A stretch of 64,000 bases of DNA, taken from assembly GCA_951406725.2 (NCBI GenBank), contig OX597814.1:74214001-74278000 (forward strand), in the 5' to 3' direction. The first letter of the stretch is position 1. Every line of letters starts with the position of its first letter. Under the pieces are notes generated by a model. It did not search any database. It was given only the letters and a program-made list of their open reading frames with translations, and was not told where the DNA came from. The DNA comes from Octopus vulgaris (Eukaryota). This document shows positions 1 through 11,617 of this stretch, one piece after another. The translations under genes were made by a program, and so were the position numbers.

Positions 1-52
1 CAAAGAAGCAGAAATTTATTCCTTGAATTTTCAACCAAAAATCTTAACCAAT

Positions 53-492
53 GTGCATTTTCAATTTTCAATTTTTATTTGTATTTCATTTTATTTTGTG
101 TTACACTCTCTTTATTGATTCATACTATATGTCTTTTGTATGAATAAAATTCTTACTCTATCAGGTTTAGTCAGAAAACTAGACCTGATAGAGTAAGTAT
201 TTTATTCATACAAAAGGCATATAGTATGAATCAACAAAGAGAGTGTAACACAAAACAAAATGAAATACAAATTAAAATTCAAGATTGAAAATGCACTCGT
301 TGAAATATTCAGAGCACAGGACACAAAAAAAATTTTTTATTGTATGAATAGAATACTCTATCAGGTCTAGTCAGAAAACTAGACCTGATAGAGAAAAACT
401 GATGTTATTTTTGAATTTAGCAGGCAAAATCACTTAGGAATTCATTGAAATATTCCAGGCATCAGACAAAAAAATATTTTTGTTGCCCAGCG
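53..492. mobile_element. Foldback DNA-transposon remnant (right end resembles a Chapaev3/CMC-type terminus)
   Basis: ~117-bp inverted arms (53-170 vs 178-296). The hairpin core ctctatcaggt(t/c)tagtcagaaaactagacctgatagag recurs at 357-393. Ends ...ttttgttgcccagcg followed by tta. Superfamily assignment is from recall of terminus patterns. Confidence 0.5.
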
Positions 493-811
493 TTATTTCA
501 CTCAAAGAATTTTATGCTTTTGCAATCCAAAACCAAGATAGTGATGTGTTTGTACTGGTATACTGGTTTTATCCTTAAAGTATTATTTCTTGATGGCCTT
601 TAAACAAAGCTACGACTGAAAATGTCACATATCTGTGGAACCCATTCCATATATGATCAACAGCTGCCCGAAAATGTCATCAACATATTCGGCTCCTATT
701 TTAACATAAACAACATAGAATGCCATCCACAGGAGATGTAATCTAAGATGTAATATATAAAATATTCTCTCTTGGGAGTTGAAGGACTTCGTTCTCTCAT
801 TTGTCTCATAT

Positions 812-1015
812 TCTTTATATTCCAGTATAAATAATCTCTTGGTCTTTGTATTCTAATATAAATAATCTCTTAATCCTTTATATTCCAGTATAGGGAATGA
901 GAGATAACTACGAAATAGATGTTGAATAAAAAAGAGACTGAAGCATTTAAGGCCCTAAGATAAGATAAAAAAGAGACTGAAGCCTTTAAGGCCCTAAGAT
1001 AAGATAAAAAAGATA
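812..1015. repeat. Two short tandem arrays (~31-bp unit x2.5; ~39-bp unit x2)
   Basis: ctttatattccagtataaataatctctt is repeated at 812-890; aaaaagagactgaagc(a/c)tttaaggccctaagataagat is repeated at 928-1010. Confidence 0.8.
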
Positions 1016-1934
1016 TCGAATATGTCACATCTCTGTAAATGATCAGCTACTCCATATATGTTCCAAAGGTATTATCTTCTAATATGGCAGGATATTGTTT
1101 CTAAACACAATATACAATGCTAGTCGTAGAAAAGTTTCTTTAGGATATTTAAAAAAATGATATTGAGTGCACATAAATTTCATCCAAAGAAAGTGGAACC
1201 TACAACTTCTCAATTCAGCTTATTTAAGTTAATGCTCATATTTTTAATGGTGTGATTTAGTGTTGATAGATAAAGCTGGTTTGAATTCCAATATACATGT
1301 GCATGTAGATAAAGGAAGAAACAGAAAAACCAGGAAGATAAAATGCGACAGTTTATTCAATCTGTTAAAGAGTATTAACATGGCAAAGCTGTTGGGATAC
1401 ATCTTGAAAGAATGGTCAGAATATATACACAGTGGTTTCACATGCAGTTGGTACATAATGATGATGTATGCAATGTAAAATAGGAAAACAAATGGAGGAC
1501 AGGTACAAATGTATGTGTCAAAGAATAGAGGAGGCCGCATACGAAATAAATTTGCTCTCCATCACAGATCTGAACTTGAATGTGTAAACCCACCTCACTA
1601 AAGACATTGCGAGAAAGGCTTCCTTCTATAGCTAAGGGTAGGCTCCCAGCAGAGAGGCATAAATTTCCTGCACTCGACTGGTCTGTCACGTAATGGGATG
1701 AGAGCCAGAAGGGCTAGCTCGATGTATGACCATGCCATGTGACCACTTGCAGAAAACAGGCACACTGTGAACATACTTCTGCTACATATTCTTTTATGTT
1801 ATTGACAATATCAGTAAGTGATTGAGTAATTAGCTCGAAAACTGAAGGCTTGAGATAAAGAAAGCGACCATCTAACTTAGTAAGTTCAGTCACTATGGAG
1901 GGCTTTGATAATATCCAAGAGCTTTCTACAATTC

Positions 1935-2348
1935 AGGCACAGGCATGGTTGTGTGGTAAGAAGCTTGCTTCCCAACCATATGGTTATGGGTTCAGTGTCA
2001 CTGCGTGACAGCTTAGGCAAGTGTCTTCTACAATAACCTTGGGTTAATCAAAGCCTTGTGAGTGGATTTGATAGATGGAAACTGAAAGAAACCCATCATA
2101 AATATATGTATATATCTATGTGTGTGCGTGTCTTTGTATCTATCCCCCACTTCTCACTGCTTGACAACCGGCATTGGTGTGTTTACGCCTTCATAACTTA
2201 GTGGTTCAGCAAAGAGACCGATAGAATAGGTAGTAAGCTTTAAAATTAAGTTCTAGGGTCGATTTGTTTGGTTAAAACCTTTCAAGGTGGTGCTCCAGCA
2301 ATGCCACAATCAAATGATTGAAACAAGTTAAACAATAAAAGAATAAAA
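1935..2348 (+). mobile_element. tRNA-derived SINE with internal (TA)/(TG) microsatellite and LINE-like 3' tail
   Basis: A-box-like tggttgtgtgg, B-box-like gggttcagtg, CORE-like ggcaagtgtcttcta; tail ggtggtgctccagca...tgaaacaag then A-rich. Homologous pieces at 10133-10350, 14941-15083 and 38350-38480. Confidence 0.8.
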
Positions 2349-3914
2349 AAATTGCTGTTGTCTAAATTCCAGTGATGAAAATTTGTTTTTACATGGAATG
2401 TTCAAAGAAAAAGACCATATGGATATTAAATATTTATTAGAACCAGAAAAACTAATGCTTGTTTTGCAAGAGATATTTTTTTGACATATAACAAGAATCA
2501 GAACAAGCATCTCAATCTGCTTTAAGTTGGAAATTCTAAATTTATGAAGACAGTTTCTCTATCTTCTGGCTGTTTATCTTTTTATCTTTTGTAGAATAAC
2601 TGCATTATTGATATAATTTCATTACTGTTCACAAAAAGTTTACATGCTTAGAAATAAGCCAACAGCTGCATTGACATAGTGTTATATTTCCAACACATTT
2701 TGTATCTTGCTTAATAAAGGTTTCATTATTCACTTATCTTTTCAAAAATCTAATACATTGTATACACACAGAAATGGAACTACTCTTATCTAGGGCATTC
2801 ACAACTCAACTGATTCTCACGATGATGAACAATAACAAATATTTTAGCAAAATATATAAATTAATTAATCAAAGCCTTTCTCATACTGTGTGCCCTCTGT
2901 GGAACCTCATTCACTGTCTATTTACTTTCCTACATCACACACCAGAGAGCTATGACAAATTAGCAAAGTCTGAAACTGTTCAGGCAAAAAACAAGTCCTG
3001 AAATGCCTGGAGAAACTCATCTACCCCCTGAATTGGGTAGTGTTTACCTAAACCGTGGAAAATGACATGTGAAAACACCTTCAATCACTTGAAATCAACA
3101 AGGCCTCAAATATTTCACTCCATAAATATTCCCCATCCTCTTAAGACACTTCAGTCTCTCCCTCTCAACAGGAATTACCTTGATGTTTTGGAAATACAGT
3201 GTCCATCCAACTTGCATAAAGTTATTCACAAGTATTCTCTAGTCTTGTCCTACAGATGTGGTATCACCACTCTGTCTCTTCTAGTGTAACTATAATGGTC
3301 TCTACTTGACCCACTTATCGTTCCTCCTCTTATCACCCTTGTGCCCAACGTACCTAGACCAGCACTTAATCACTAAGCCAAGTCCTTTCTTCCAAGAACA
3401 TTGGCCTTCTAGAATTCCCTCCTTGCTCATGACTTTTCCACAGGCAATGACTTGCAACAGCTCAAGAGGAACATTAACAGAATCAGTTTTCCAGTCTAAG
3501 TGGGCCTGTGAAAACTAGAGATACTGCTCCTTCTTTCCAGACCCAGCAAGTTACATATCCAAAACTATTTCTTTTGAGCATTGAAGAATCAGTCATTGTT
3601 ACTTATGACACCTAATGTATTCTCTACTACTTGATAACTTTTGGTATACAGGTGTCATTCACACATAAACATTTCTATCAACAGATATTTTAATAACATT
3701 CATGAGTTTAATCTCATTCTAAATTTTCAAAACACTGTCACTACACATTTCAACACCTATTCATATAAACAATATCCTGGCAAGGCTGTCACGCACACTA
3801 ATAGATCTCTGATGGCAATTCATGATGACCAAACATTTCGTAACATAATCAAGGCAGTATCGAAAAGGTTAGATTTTTCAGATGCAAAACAAAATTCAAG
3901 TTCTGAGAACTGTT

Positions 3915-4400
3915 ACCTTTTCTTTTCTTTTCTTCCTTTCTTTTTTATTGGGTTGGCCTAAATGAAACGAGTGTACCCTTAGTCTTTGCTGGCCTTCATC
4001 AATGCATTTCTCTTGGGCAGCTACAAGTTGATGGCCACAGAAAAAAATTTCTAGAGAGCTGACGTTATGTTGAGGAGAGTTGGCACAAAGTGGTTAGAAT
4101 GAACCGAGGGGAAGATGCAGTGTGGGTTACATGAGAAATAAAATTATCAATGACTTAGAAATTCCGAAATGAAGGTGGCACAAGGCCAGCCAGTTTCAAG
4201 GGGATGAGGCCATAAAAAAAGTGATATAAAAGGCAAAGGGAAGAAACTAAGCTTGTAAATTAGAGTGTGCTGGTGAGCAATTTCATACAAATGAATTAGA
4301 GGGCTTTTTTCAATTTAGTCTAGAATGTCTGTATAACAGTGACACCGTCTTAGAACGTAATTATGATACACATTACAGTATTGATGAGCTAATAAATTTA
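3915..4400 (-). mobile_element. Degenerate CR1/L2-type LINE 3' fragment
   Basis: Minus-strand translation gives broken LFYGLIPLKLAGLVPP and HPHC-like motifs typical of the CR1 ORF2 C-terminus; A-rich tail near 3915-3950. Confidence 0.5.
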
Positions 4401-4754
4401 TAAGCATTCTTAACTCATGCCAATAAGATCACACGGTGATCAGCAAACATTCACAAACCAACACTCAATAACTATTTCCTCAGTGATTCACTGCTGCAAA
4501 AGTTCATTTGACTCAGCAATCTGAATATCACCAACATTTAAATCCATCAGATGCATCAGCTTCTACTCTTAAAATCCCCACAGTATATAAACACCTCACT
4601 TAAAAGGAAAAGAACAAAGAAAAGTAGTTGGTATGAGATGCTGCAAAAATTATGGGTAACATAGGGAGTGAGGTGGTTTTTGTGGTAGATGTATAGGGGA
4701 ACAAAGGATAGGTAGTATAGTGTAGTGTAGTATGTATATATGTATGTATGTGAA

Positions 4755-4960
4755 AGCACATGGCTTAGTGGTTAGGATATTCAGCTCATGATCGTAAGGT
4801 CTTGATTGTGAGTTCAATTTCCAGCGGCACATATCTTTGAGCAAGACACTTTATTTCACATTGCTTCAGTCCACTCAGCTGACAAAAATGGATAGTACCT
4901 GTATTTCCAAGGGTCAGCCTTGTTACCTTTTGTTATCATGCTGGATCTCTATGAAGCTAT
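4755..4960 (+). mobile_element. tRNA-derived SINE (CORE/Meta-like central domain)
   Basis: A box tggcttagtgg, B box gagttcaatt, then ttgagcaagacactttatttcacattgcttcagtccactcagctg. Confidence 0.7.
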
Positions 4961-4961
4961 G

Positions 4962-5205
4962 AGATGCCTTCATCAGTGATATGCATTCCAGTAACATACA
5001 CCAATGGTTATTGGGACAGGATAACTTAGACCTTGATCAGGCCTTCATTCAAGCACAGACACTGGAGACGGCAGAAGCTCAATCTGTAAGTTACACACGC
5101 TCAGTTGTTCCCCATAATGAACCCTGTGCTTTGCAACCCACATGTTCTCCCAGCCCAAAAGACGAAGCTGTACATGACACCAATTTAGCAGCTGCCACAC
5201 CTTAA
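4962..5205 (+). mobile_element. Ty3/Gypsy gag-like fragment
   Basis: Translation DAFISDMHSSNIHQWLLGQDNLDLDQAFIQAQTLETA resembles the Gypsy gag motif RDAFIxG...IRQRLLE..LxL.xA...A. Confidence 0.55.
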
Positions 5206-5574
5206 TATTTTTTCTGGTATATCCAACCTTGTTCAGGCAACTGTGACCCCTGCCCTTCCTTCTCTTGTACAACACTGGTGATGATGGAGAGGAGAGACAT
5301 GCTTTATGGGCAACTGCCGATCTCCCATATAACCCTGCCCAGGCCTGTGTCCTGGAGAGGACTGTCCAGCGTTGCCTCACTGTGGTGGCAAAACATGGAA
5401 AGCAGCCATCAAAAGGTTTGATGTGGGAGCAAGGCACCAGGGGCTACTTCCAACAGAGAAAGAGGCCATTGTACCTGACTGGTCAGCTACTATGCACCTC
5501 CAGCTGGGCAGCCCCCAGCTAGTTAGGTCTTTTCTTGTCACAGCCCACTTGCTCTACTGGGTGCATGGGGCTTA

Positions 5575-6230
5575 GAGTTTGTCAAATTCTCATTAGAGAA
5601 ATGCTGTTTGCAAACTATGCAGCACTGACAGCACATTCTGAGGAGCAAATGCAGCACCTCAAGAACAAACTTTCAAGAGTCTGTCAGGAATTCAACCTGA
5701 CTATCAGTCTGAAGAAAACCAATGTTCTGGGCCAATGTGCCAAAGACCCTGCTCCACGCACACACACATCACCGTCAATAACTACGAACTGGAGGTAGTC
5801 TATGAATTCACCAACCTCAGTTTTACCACCACTGATAACCTCTCCTCAGACCCTGAGATCAATAGGCGAGGCAGACGAGCAACCTCCACATTTACCAGTG
5901 TCTGGGAGAACAGAAAACTGACCACAAACACCAATATTGCAGTCTACAAGGCCTGCATCCTCAGTACACTACAGCAGTGAGACATGCAGTCTTTACTCCA
6001 GACAGTAGTGGTGTCTCAACGTCTTCCACTTTCATAGCCTTCAGACCCATCTTGGATAACAAGTAGACCAAGCGAGTCATCAACACTGACATCCTCAACC
6101 ATGTCTAGATACCCAACATATTTACCCTGCTCCAACAGCACTGGCTCAGTCACGTGTATCGTATGCTAGATGAGAGAATCCCAAAAGACCTCCTGTAAGA
6201 GGAACTGAAACTTACTACCAAAGGAAAGAA
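5575..6230 (+). mobile_element. Degenerate RTE-clade LINE reverse transcriptase C-terminal fragment
   Basis: IREMLFANYAAL (decayed LFADD), FNLTISLKKTNVL, LEVVYEFTNL, EINRR, AVYKACILSTL across frameshifts. Confidence 0.8.
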
Positions 6231-6612
6231 AACTCAGTAGCGCAAATGAAGAGCATCATCAAAAGCAGTCATTGCATGCAAAATTGCCATTCCAGTGTGG
6301 ACCTGTACAGCCACAGCAGACACTGCACCACCAACCGCAGCTGACAAAAATCTTCATGGTGTTTCGAGACCGATGGATGCCTATCATATATGAGTATACA
6401 CACATATATCAAGTTCTTTGCTAAAATGCTTTGCACAAAAAAAAAAATGTATTTTCGTGGTATTTGTGACTTATTTCTATTTACAGTAGAATTTAGGTAA
6501 AAATGCCACAAGTGAAAAATCAGGTAAAAATGGCACAATACGCTTAATAAATATACACTATTGGCTCATTGTTTGTATTTTACCAGTTCCATACTTTACT
6601 TTACACACACAC

Positions 6613-7831
6613 ACATGTATTACATGGAAAAATGTGAGCAAGAGAAATAATATTCTTAAGATTATAAACCTGGACAAATTATTACACTTTGAAAAGTTCA
6701 GGACAAGTTATTATATCTGGTAAAGTACAGAACAAGAAAATTTTTACTTAAAGTATTGCAGCTAAGGATAAAATCTCAAATAAAATATTCAGATTTAGAA
6801 AATATTAGCTTTTATTAAAACTAAAAATTTTATTACAGGATATTACTTCTATTTGCTATTACTTTTTACTTCTATTAAAAATTAAAAATAACTCAAGATA
6901 TTTTCTGCCCTTTAAAAAAATTCGTTTTTTGATTATTAATACAGCATGGAAGGTGTTTATAAGCCATTTAAGAAACACACAAAAACCATTAGATTCACTT
7001 CAACATTCAAATTTAATTTGCCAAATATTTTCGTCGATTTGTGACCATGACCTGTTCACTGACAAAATTCTGTGCTGCATCAATTTACAATTTAATGCAT
7101 CAATTTTGTCAGTGAAAATGTCGCAGTTTCAAAGCGATGAAAATATTTTGGCAAATTAAATTTAAATGTTGAAGTGAATCTAACGGTTTTTGTGCGTTTC
7201 TTGAATGGCTTGTAAACACTTTCCATGCTGCAATTGTTTTCATTCCAGCACACAATCTCAGATCAGGTCACTTGCTATGCAAGTACATCTCCGTAATTAA
7301 TAATTAGAAATTTGAAAATAGGCTATAAAAAATAATAGTAGTACATAATTAGTACAATAAATAGAATAATAAAAAAAATAGTTATATATTACAGTAAAAC
7401 CTACCTATAACAACAAATTCTCAGTAAAATTTGCTTGAGTTATTGCCTAAGTTATTAATCAAGTCTTCACATTTTTAGTCTTGACCCAATGCCTATTTTT
7501 TATATGATGAATTTGCCTTATACTATACTACTTTGCATAAAACTATATTGGTACTTCTGGCTCTCATTTTTTAAGTATTGTAGAGGGTCAATATTTTACC
7601 AAAATGACGGTACCTTTTTAATAATAATGCTACTTTGTAAATTAAAATCAAATGATTTTTAATATTCAAATTTTATCCTTAGCTGCAATATTTTAAGTAA
7701 AAATTTTCTTGTTCTGTACTTTACCAGACTTAATAACTTGTCCTGAACTTTTCAAAGTGTAATAATTTGTCCAGGTTTATAATCTTAAGAATATTATTTC
7801 TCTTGCTCACATTTTCCCATGTAATTCATGT
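6613..7831. mobile_element. Foldback/MITE-like element with ~160-bp terminal inverted repeats
   Basis: 6613-6776 is the near-exact reverse complement of 7671-7831. Confidence 0.8.
6942..7295. mobile_element. Palindromic MITE nested inside the foldback element, left end truncated
   Basis: Arms 6942-7070 and 7100-7230 are reverse complements. The unpaired right extension ends gcaagtacatctccg followed by TA. Confidence 0.7.
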
Positions 7832-8758
7832 TTTTTCCAGGCTATGCTATTATGCTAATTTGATAATGCATCAATTAAAAATTTAAGATTTTACCTTATT
7901 GAAAATTGAACTTGATAAACTTTCAAGGAGCAACAGCTATTGATATTACCTATCCACACCAAATTAATGGCAGAGAATTTTACCATCTTGAAGGTTACAC
8001 TTTGGCTCACCAATCAGTTACAAACAACAAGACCCCAAAACCACCAGTTACCAGGCTCACCTTAAGTAACCTAGATTTTGAGTTGGTGATAATAGCAATG
8101 ACTGCTGCTGATCTAGATCTATCAATAATGATTCATTACAACAGTAATTATGAAAGCATATCAGATTTACACAAGTGAAAATTACCTACATTCCCATAAT
8201 ACAAAAGTAGATATATGAAAATCTCTTTAATTTTTATTTCGCTATTAAATAATAAGTTTAGAATATAATCACTTTATAACAATGCCTTTTCTGGACAGCC
8301 TTACTACATGCCTTCAGGTCTGCACATAGAGACACAGCCAAAAATGACTTTATTCTTTCCCCAATAAAATTAGATGTGTATATCTGAAGCATATAACACA
8401 TTAATGAACTAGCCTGATTAAATAATTAGCTAAAAAGCAAAAGGAAAGCAACTAAAAAGAAATTAGCAAAAAAAAAAAAAAGCAGTAAGGCTGAAAGAGA
8501 AAATTAATAATAAAAGTTAAAATTACTTAAGTGCAATAGCATATTAAAAATAACTTTATTAATTAAATATTAAAGTTAAAAAATAAGTTGCAGAACATAA
8601 GCACTTTTAACCAATGCCTTTTCTGAACAGCTTTACTACATGACTTCAGTACTGCCCACAGAGACACAGCCAGAAATGTCTATATTCTATCAAGCGAATT
8701 TGGAATTTTTTTAAAGAAAATAAAGTTATTTTTTTTATTCAAATTTATTTTCTTGCAA

Positions 8759-9118
8759 TCTCTCTATATATAAATGGCAAAATGTCTGCGTGCGTGTCCT
8801 TTATACAAATCCACAATTTCTCAGTTAGAGGGCTCGCACTTTCTATGGTCATTCAAAACCGTCCAAGGGTGGTCGTGCACATCTTTACATTTCCCCAGTC
8901 ACCCAACAAAGTCATTAAAAAATCAATAGAAGTGACATTTTTGTGAATTTTCTATCCAAAACTCAATCAAAATGCCCGAAACTTGATACACCAATTGAAT
9001 GCCAGCTAGCTGTATGTGATTGGTCGGAGATTTGGCCAGTACTCACATGTATGTGCGCACGTAGCTGTATATGCATGCACTAGCATTATGACCCGGCATT
9101 GCCGGGTCATAGTGCTAG
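8759..9118 (+). mobile_element. Non-autonomous Helitron
   Basis: Starts TC after an A (tctctctatatataaa) and ends in GC-rich hairpin gacccggca-t-tgccgggtc plus CTAG before a T; no TSD. Confidence 0.85.
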
Positions 9119-10132
9119 TAATTAATAAATTATATGCATTTTTATAAGCAAAAAATGTATTGATTTCATAACAAGGAACAACTACAATATAATCATCACC
9201 TTGAATTTACAACATGGCTCACCAAACAATAACAAATTGCAAGACCCCAAAATTTTCAGTGATCAGGCTCACCTTAAGTCACGTAGATCTTGAGTTGATG
9301 AAAATAATAATAATTGTTGCTAAGTGAAATGAAAATAAGCACTTCTGTTATGTAATAAAACTCGATATGATAAAAATAACAGCTAAACGCCTGGAGAATT
9401 TTTGTGTTTGTGTGTGCGTGCAGGCAACAATTTCTGCAGTTTATCCACATGAACAGAGAAAGAAGTACATAGAAATATATTTTACATATCTGTCGTGTAT
9501 GTCAGTTTTGTTTTTTCGCCTTAAAAGTAAACGATTCTGATGGCAGCAATTACCTTGCTGTCAATTCATTGGATTAATCCTAACAAAATACAAATTTAGT
9601 CACTGACTCAGCACCTATGTTTGTGTTCTTCATTCCAAAATAATAAAAACTTTAACATACTTCCAAAATGGGACTTCGTCCATGTGTATCCACATGTGTA
9701 TATGTGCAGGGGGGTGGGCAAGAAAAACATTTACAGAAATGAACTTGCACAATGTTACACTTCTGAAATGCTTTGTAATTGTGATAATGGCACAAAGGGT
9801 TTAGTCATTACCACCAAAATATATTCCCCTCACATTTTCTCTCTTTTTCAATTTTCAATTAAAAGAGAGAATATATTGTTACCAACAACGCTAAAACTTT
9901 AATAACTTGATCGATCTGTCATTGAACCAAGATTTTATTTCATTTAGTACACACTTAGTTATTTTTTATATGGAGAATTGCAAACGTGGCATATAAAGAT
10001 AACTTATAATAGAAATTTTATGAGTACATTTCCGTGAATGTTTTTCTTGCACACCAGCATCCCCACCACACACACACACATGCCTGCACATAAACGCACA
10101 CGGATACACATGGATGAAGTCTCATTTTAGAA

Positions 10133-10350
10133 GTTTTATTATTTTATTTGTTTCAGTCACTTGACTGTGGCCATGCTGGAGCTCCACCTTTAGTCGAACA
10201 AATTGACCCCAGGACTTATTCTTTGTAAGCCTAGTACTTATTCTATCATTCTCTTTTGCCGAACCACTAAGTTATGGAGACATAAATACACCAACATCGG
10301 TTGTCTAGCGATGACAGGCGGGGTGGGGGGGAACACAAATACACTCACAC
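10133..10350 (-). mobile_element. 3' half of tRNA-derived SINE (same family as 1935-2348)
   Basis: Reverse complement aligns to 2125-2340, including cataacttagtggttc and ggtggagctccagcatggcc. Confidence 0.8.
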
Positions 10351-10351
10351 A

Positions 10352-10394
<43 letters not shown>

Positions 10395-10403
10395 TTCCCT
10401 ATA

Positions 10404-10432
10404 GGATCTTTTCGTTCAAACCGAATAGATCC
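10404..10432. mobile_element. 29-bp remnant of GGATC-ended MITE (fused termini)
   Basis: ggatcttttcg + ttcaaaccgaatagatcc match the left and right ends of the element at 15614-16008; flanked by gttccctata / gttctata. Confidence 0.65.
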
Positions 10433-10506
10433 GTTCTATATTTAAGTGATGAGGAATTATGTACATTATTTACATTTGACGGATATTTGTCCTCTTGTTT
10501 GTTGTT

Positions 10507-10552
10507 AACACAACGTTTTGACTGATATACTCTCCAGCTTTCATCAGGTGTC
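10507..10552 (-). ncRNA. Minimal type-I hammerhead ribozyme-like motif (decayed)
   Basis: GACAC-CUGAUGA-A-AGCUG..CAGUC-AAAACGU-U-GUGUU. Stem I GACAC/GUGUU; the GAAA to AAAA change is consistent with CpG decay. Confidence 0.65.
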
Positions 10553-10609
10553 TTGGGGAAATTTCGAACCTGGGTTCTCATTCCTAAGGTAGTTTTCAAT
10601 GTTTGCTGC

Positions 10610-10646
<37 letters not shown>

Positions 10647-10801
10647 TCAACTAGCAATAACCACGCCTCGGATAACCCTCATTGGCTATGGTACAGCCTA
10701 ATTCAGTAGGTTTTTTTTTTATATCGTGCTTCCACTTCACTACCGAGCGCAGCTCTGTGTGCCTTGGGTATGTGCTGTGTTTTGTTGTGATGCTCTGATG
10801 G

Positions 10802-11617
10802 TTACTGTATTGAAAGTGTTTTGCATAGGATGTGGGCAGTGCCCAGTAGTGCAACTTTCTGTATGTTATATGTGTTTGTAAGTCCTGGTGTTTCTGTTAT
10901 ATATTTGTCTGAATATTTTTTTATCATGCCTAATACACCTACAATGATAGGAATTGTTTCTGTTTTTAGATTCCACATTCGAGTTATCTCTATTTCCAGG
11001 TCTTTGTATTTTGAAAGTTTCTCCTTTTCTTTTAGAGACACGTTGTCATCTGCTGGTATTAATACATCAATTAGAAAGCATTTTTTTTCTTCATGATCTC
11101 TGACAACTATATCTGGTCTGTTGGCCTTAATTTCTCTATCTGTGTGTATTGGCATATCCCAGAGTATGGTTGCTTTCTCGTTTTCTGTGACCTTTTCTGG
11201 GATGTGCCTATACCATCTTCTTTCTGTTGTTATTCCATAATGTTGGCATAGCTTCCAGTGTATGAAGGTCTCAACTCTATCGTGTCTGTGAATGTATTCC
11301 TTCTTAGCCAGGACTGGGCAGCCAGAGATGATATGATTTATTGTTTCTTGTCTATCTCCACATATTCTGCAGTTACTTGTTATATTCCTTTTCATTATAT
11401 GTTTTTGGTAATTTCTGGTTGGGAGGCTTTGGTCTTGTGCTGCAATTAAAAATCCCTCTGTCTCTGCTTTGAGTCCTGAGCTTCTCAACCATTGCTGGGA
11501 TTTTTCTTTGTCTATTTCTTTTGCATTTAGTTTAGTCCAGTATTTGCCATGAAGGGGCTTTTCTTGCCATCGTTTTATCATGGTCCGTTGCTGTTCTAGT
11601 TTTAGTTTGGATTTCAT
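10802..11617 (-). pseudogene. Dong ORF C-terminal part: CCHC zinc finger plus restriction-like endonuclease
   Basis: 271-aa open segment with CCHC and PD..D motif; upstream RT segments (11667-13571) are interrupted by frameshifts. Confidence 0.85.

Larger units (their letters stand above)
10391..10610 (-). mobile_element. 3' part of tRNA-headed SINE carrying a hammerhead-like motif
   Basis: Appears to continue from the (AAT)n tract that follows the tRNA head at 14690-14765; ends in (TA)n. Confidence 0.65.

Noticed and set aside
812-1015. CRISPR-like short repeats
   Set aside because: Contiguous tandem units without unique spacers, in eukaryotic DNA with no cas genes.
3000-3600. Possible ancient LINE (L1/Tx1-like) fragment on the minus strand
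   Set aside because: Composition is suggestive but no diagnostic motif could be read confidently.
5230-5575. GC-richer short ORFs between the Gypsy and RTE fragments
   Set aside because: No recognisable domain or splice signals; probably more transposon debris.
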